Virus record (IMG/VR): IMGVR_UViG_3300042542_006078
Source: a virus
Lineage: Duplodnaviria > Caudoviricetes
DNA: 64,000 nucleotides
Reading direction: 5' to 3' (one strand)
The notes below the pieces were generated by a model, which had not been told where the DNA came from, did no database searches, and was given only the letters and a program-made list of their open reading frames with translations. Of the stretch, positions 63,295-64,000 are shown piece by piece. The stretch's first letter is position 1, and each line of letters opens with the position of its first letter. The translations under genes were made by a program, and so were the position numbers.

Positions 63295-63979
63295 TCTTCC
63301 TGATTTTTCTGCAATCTTCCCTCACATCGATGGATTTGCAATTTCTGCAAAGCCATGGTAGTCCATGAATTTTGAAAGCCCTCACCTCAAGCATCAATCT
63401 CGTCCTGTTTACATGAAACTGCTTTTTACAGCGATTGCAATGAGTGCGTAAGCATCCACTTTTATGCTTGGCTGGAGGTGGTTTTTGTTTTTCAGATTTG
63501 CTTTTGCGTATTGCTTTGTTTTGAAAATAAAATCTTTTCAATTCATCGGGCATTTCTGGAATGGGGAAAAACGAACTAGAAAGCCATTGATATTTGCTTC
63601 CATCTTCGTGGCAACTTGGAGGAACTACTGATTGGTGAAGGTTTCCACGAAATTCTATACCGTCAACAACAATTCTTGTGAGTGATGGGTCTGGGCTGAT
63701 GAACAGATTATGAATCGATTTACTGCTGCGAAATCTAGGTCTTTGGTAACCATCTATGATTCTTTCAAGTAGATCATTTGCTTCCTCGGAGTCTGCTTCG
63801 ACATCGACTATTTCACCAAGCAAAATTCCCATATTGTAGTCACCCGAGGCAAAAAGATGTCTCCATCTTTCCACACTCCAGTTCTTGTTCCATGCGGATT
63901 CTATTGGTGTTTTAGTTTTCTTGTAAATTGGTATGGGTTTCAAACCTAGTTCGACATACTTATCAAAGAATTGAATCAT
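63281..63979 (-). CDS. Bifunctional DNA primase/polymerase (Prim-Pol) N-terminal domain protein with Zn ribbon
   Basis: K.P....W, NMGILLG..VDVEAD, H..F, IEFRG....VVPPS.H..G..Y.W; C-terminal C..C...C..C. Confidence 0.8.
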   Translation of the reverse strand: MIQFFDKYVELGLKPIPIYKKTKTPIESAWNKNWSVERWRHLFASGDYNMGILLGEIVDVEADSEEANDLLERIIDGYQRPRFRSSKSIHNLFISPDPSLTRIVVDGIEFRGNLHQSVVPPSCHEDGSKYQWLSSSFFPIPEMPDELKRFYFQNKAIRKSKSEKQKPPPAKHKSGCLRTHCNRCKKQFHVNRTRLMLEVRAFKIHGLPWLCRNCKSIDVREDCRKIRKIIDR

Positions 63980-64000
63980 CCGAGAATCTCCTCGAAAGCA

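Noticed and set aside
1-64000. tRNA, tmRNA or rRNA genes
   Set aside because: No intergenic gap shows a cloverleaf with a GTTCRA T-loop. This was a visual check only; tRNAscan-SE or ARAGORN would be decisive.
1-64000. Stop-codon reassignment as seen in some large phages
   Set aside because: Core genes are full length in code 11, coding density is high, and TAA, TGA and TAG all end plausible genes.
1-64000. Eukaryotic giant virus origin, suggested by LRR, DUF3431 and glyco genes
   Set aside because: The T4-type gp17/gp20/gp21/gp22/gp23 set, SD sequences, sigma70 promoters and intrinsic terminators indicate a bacteriophage.

Overview
This window is a gene-dense, AT-rich segment (roughly one-third GC by eye) of a large T4-like tailed dsDNA phage, read in the standard bacterial code. 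Core head genes are present: terminase large subunit (4878-6740, -), a portal interrupted by a 231-aa intein (17667-20174), and a prohead core / gp21 protease / gp22 scaffold / gp23 major capsid operon (22090-27178). Accessory genes surround them: about ten peptidases or amidases (five with export signals), a glycan-modification island (32.4-41.0 kb) plus a second glyco operon (52.9-55.7 kb), four sulfotransferase-like genes, bacterioferritin, an Acb1/gp57B-like 2H phosphoesterase, a Cas4-like nuclease, three homing-endonuclease-like genes, Dam methylase, McsA, an ExbB/ExbD-like three-gene membrane module, a COOH-NH2 ligase and a Prim-Pol. I saw no tRNA, rRNA or CRISPR array. The main pattern not captured by the ORF track is a dispersed set of about 12 otherwise unrelated ORFs whose N-termini resemble the T4 capsid-targeting sequence (MKTYQEFIAE). 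Several sit 4-6 nt behind a TA(A/T)ATA late-promoter-like box, so their mRNAs would be leaderless. They include an Ntn-hydrolase-like protein whose catalytic Cys would be exposed by head-maturation cleavage, and an Fe-S flavoprotein. A PVC-type host (Planctomycetota, Verrucomicrobiota, Chlamydiota) is suggested by McsA and DUF3568, but this is inference. All family calls come from motif recognition by eye; no database searches were run.
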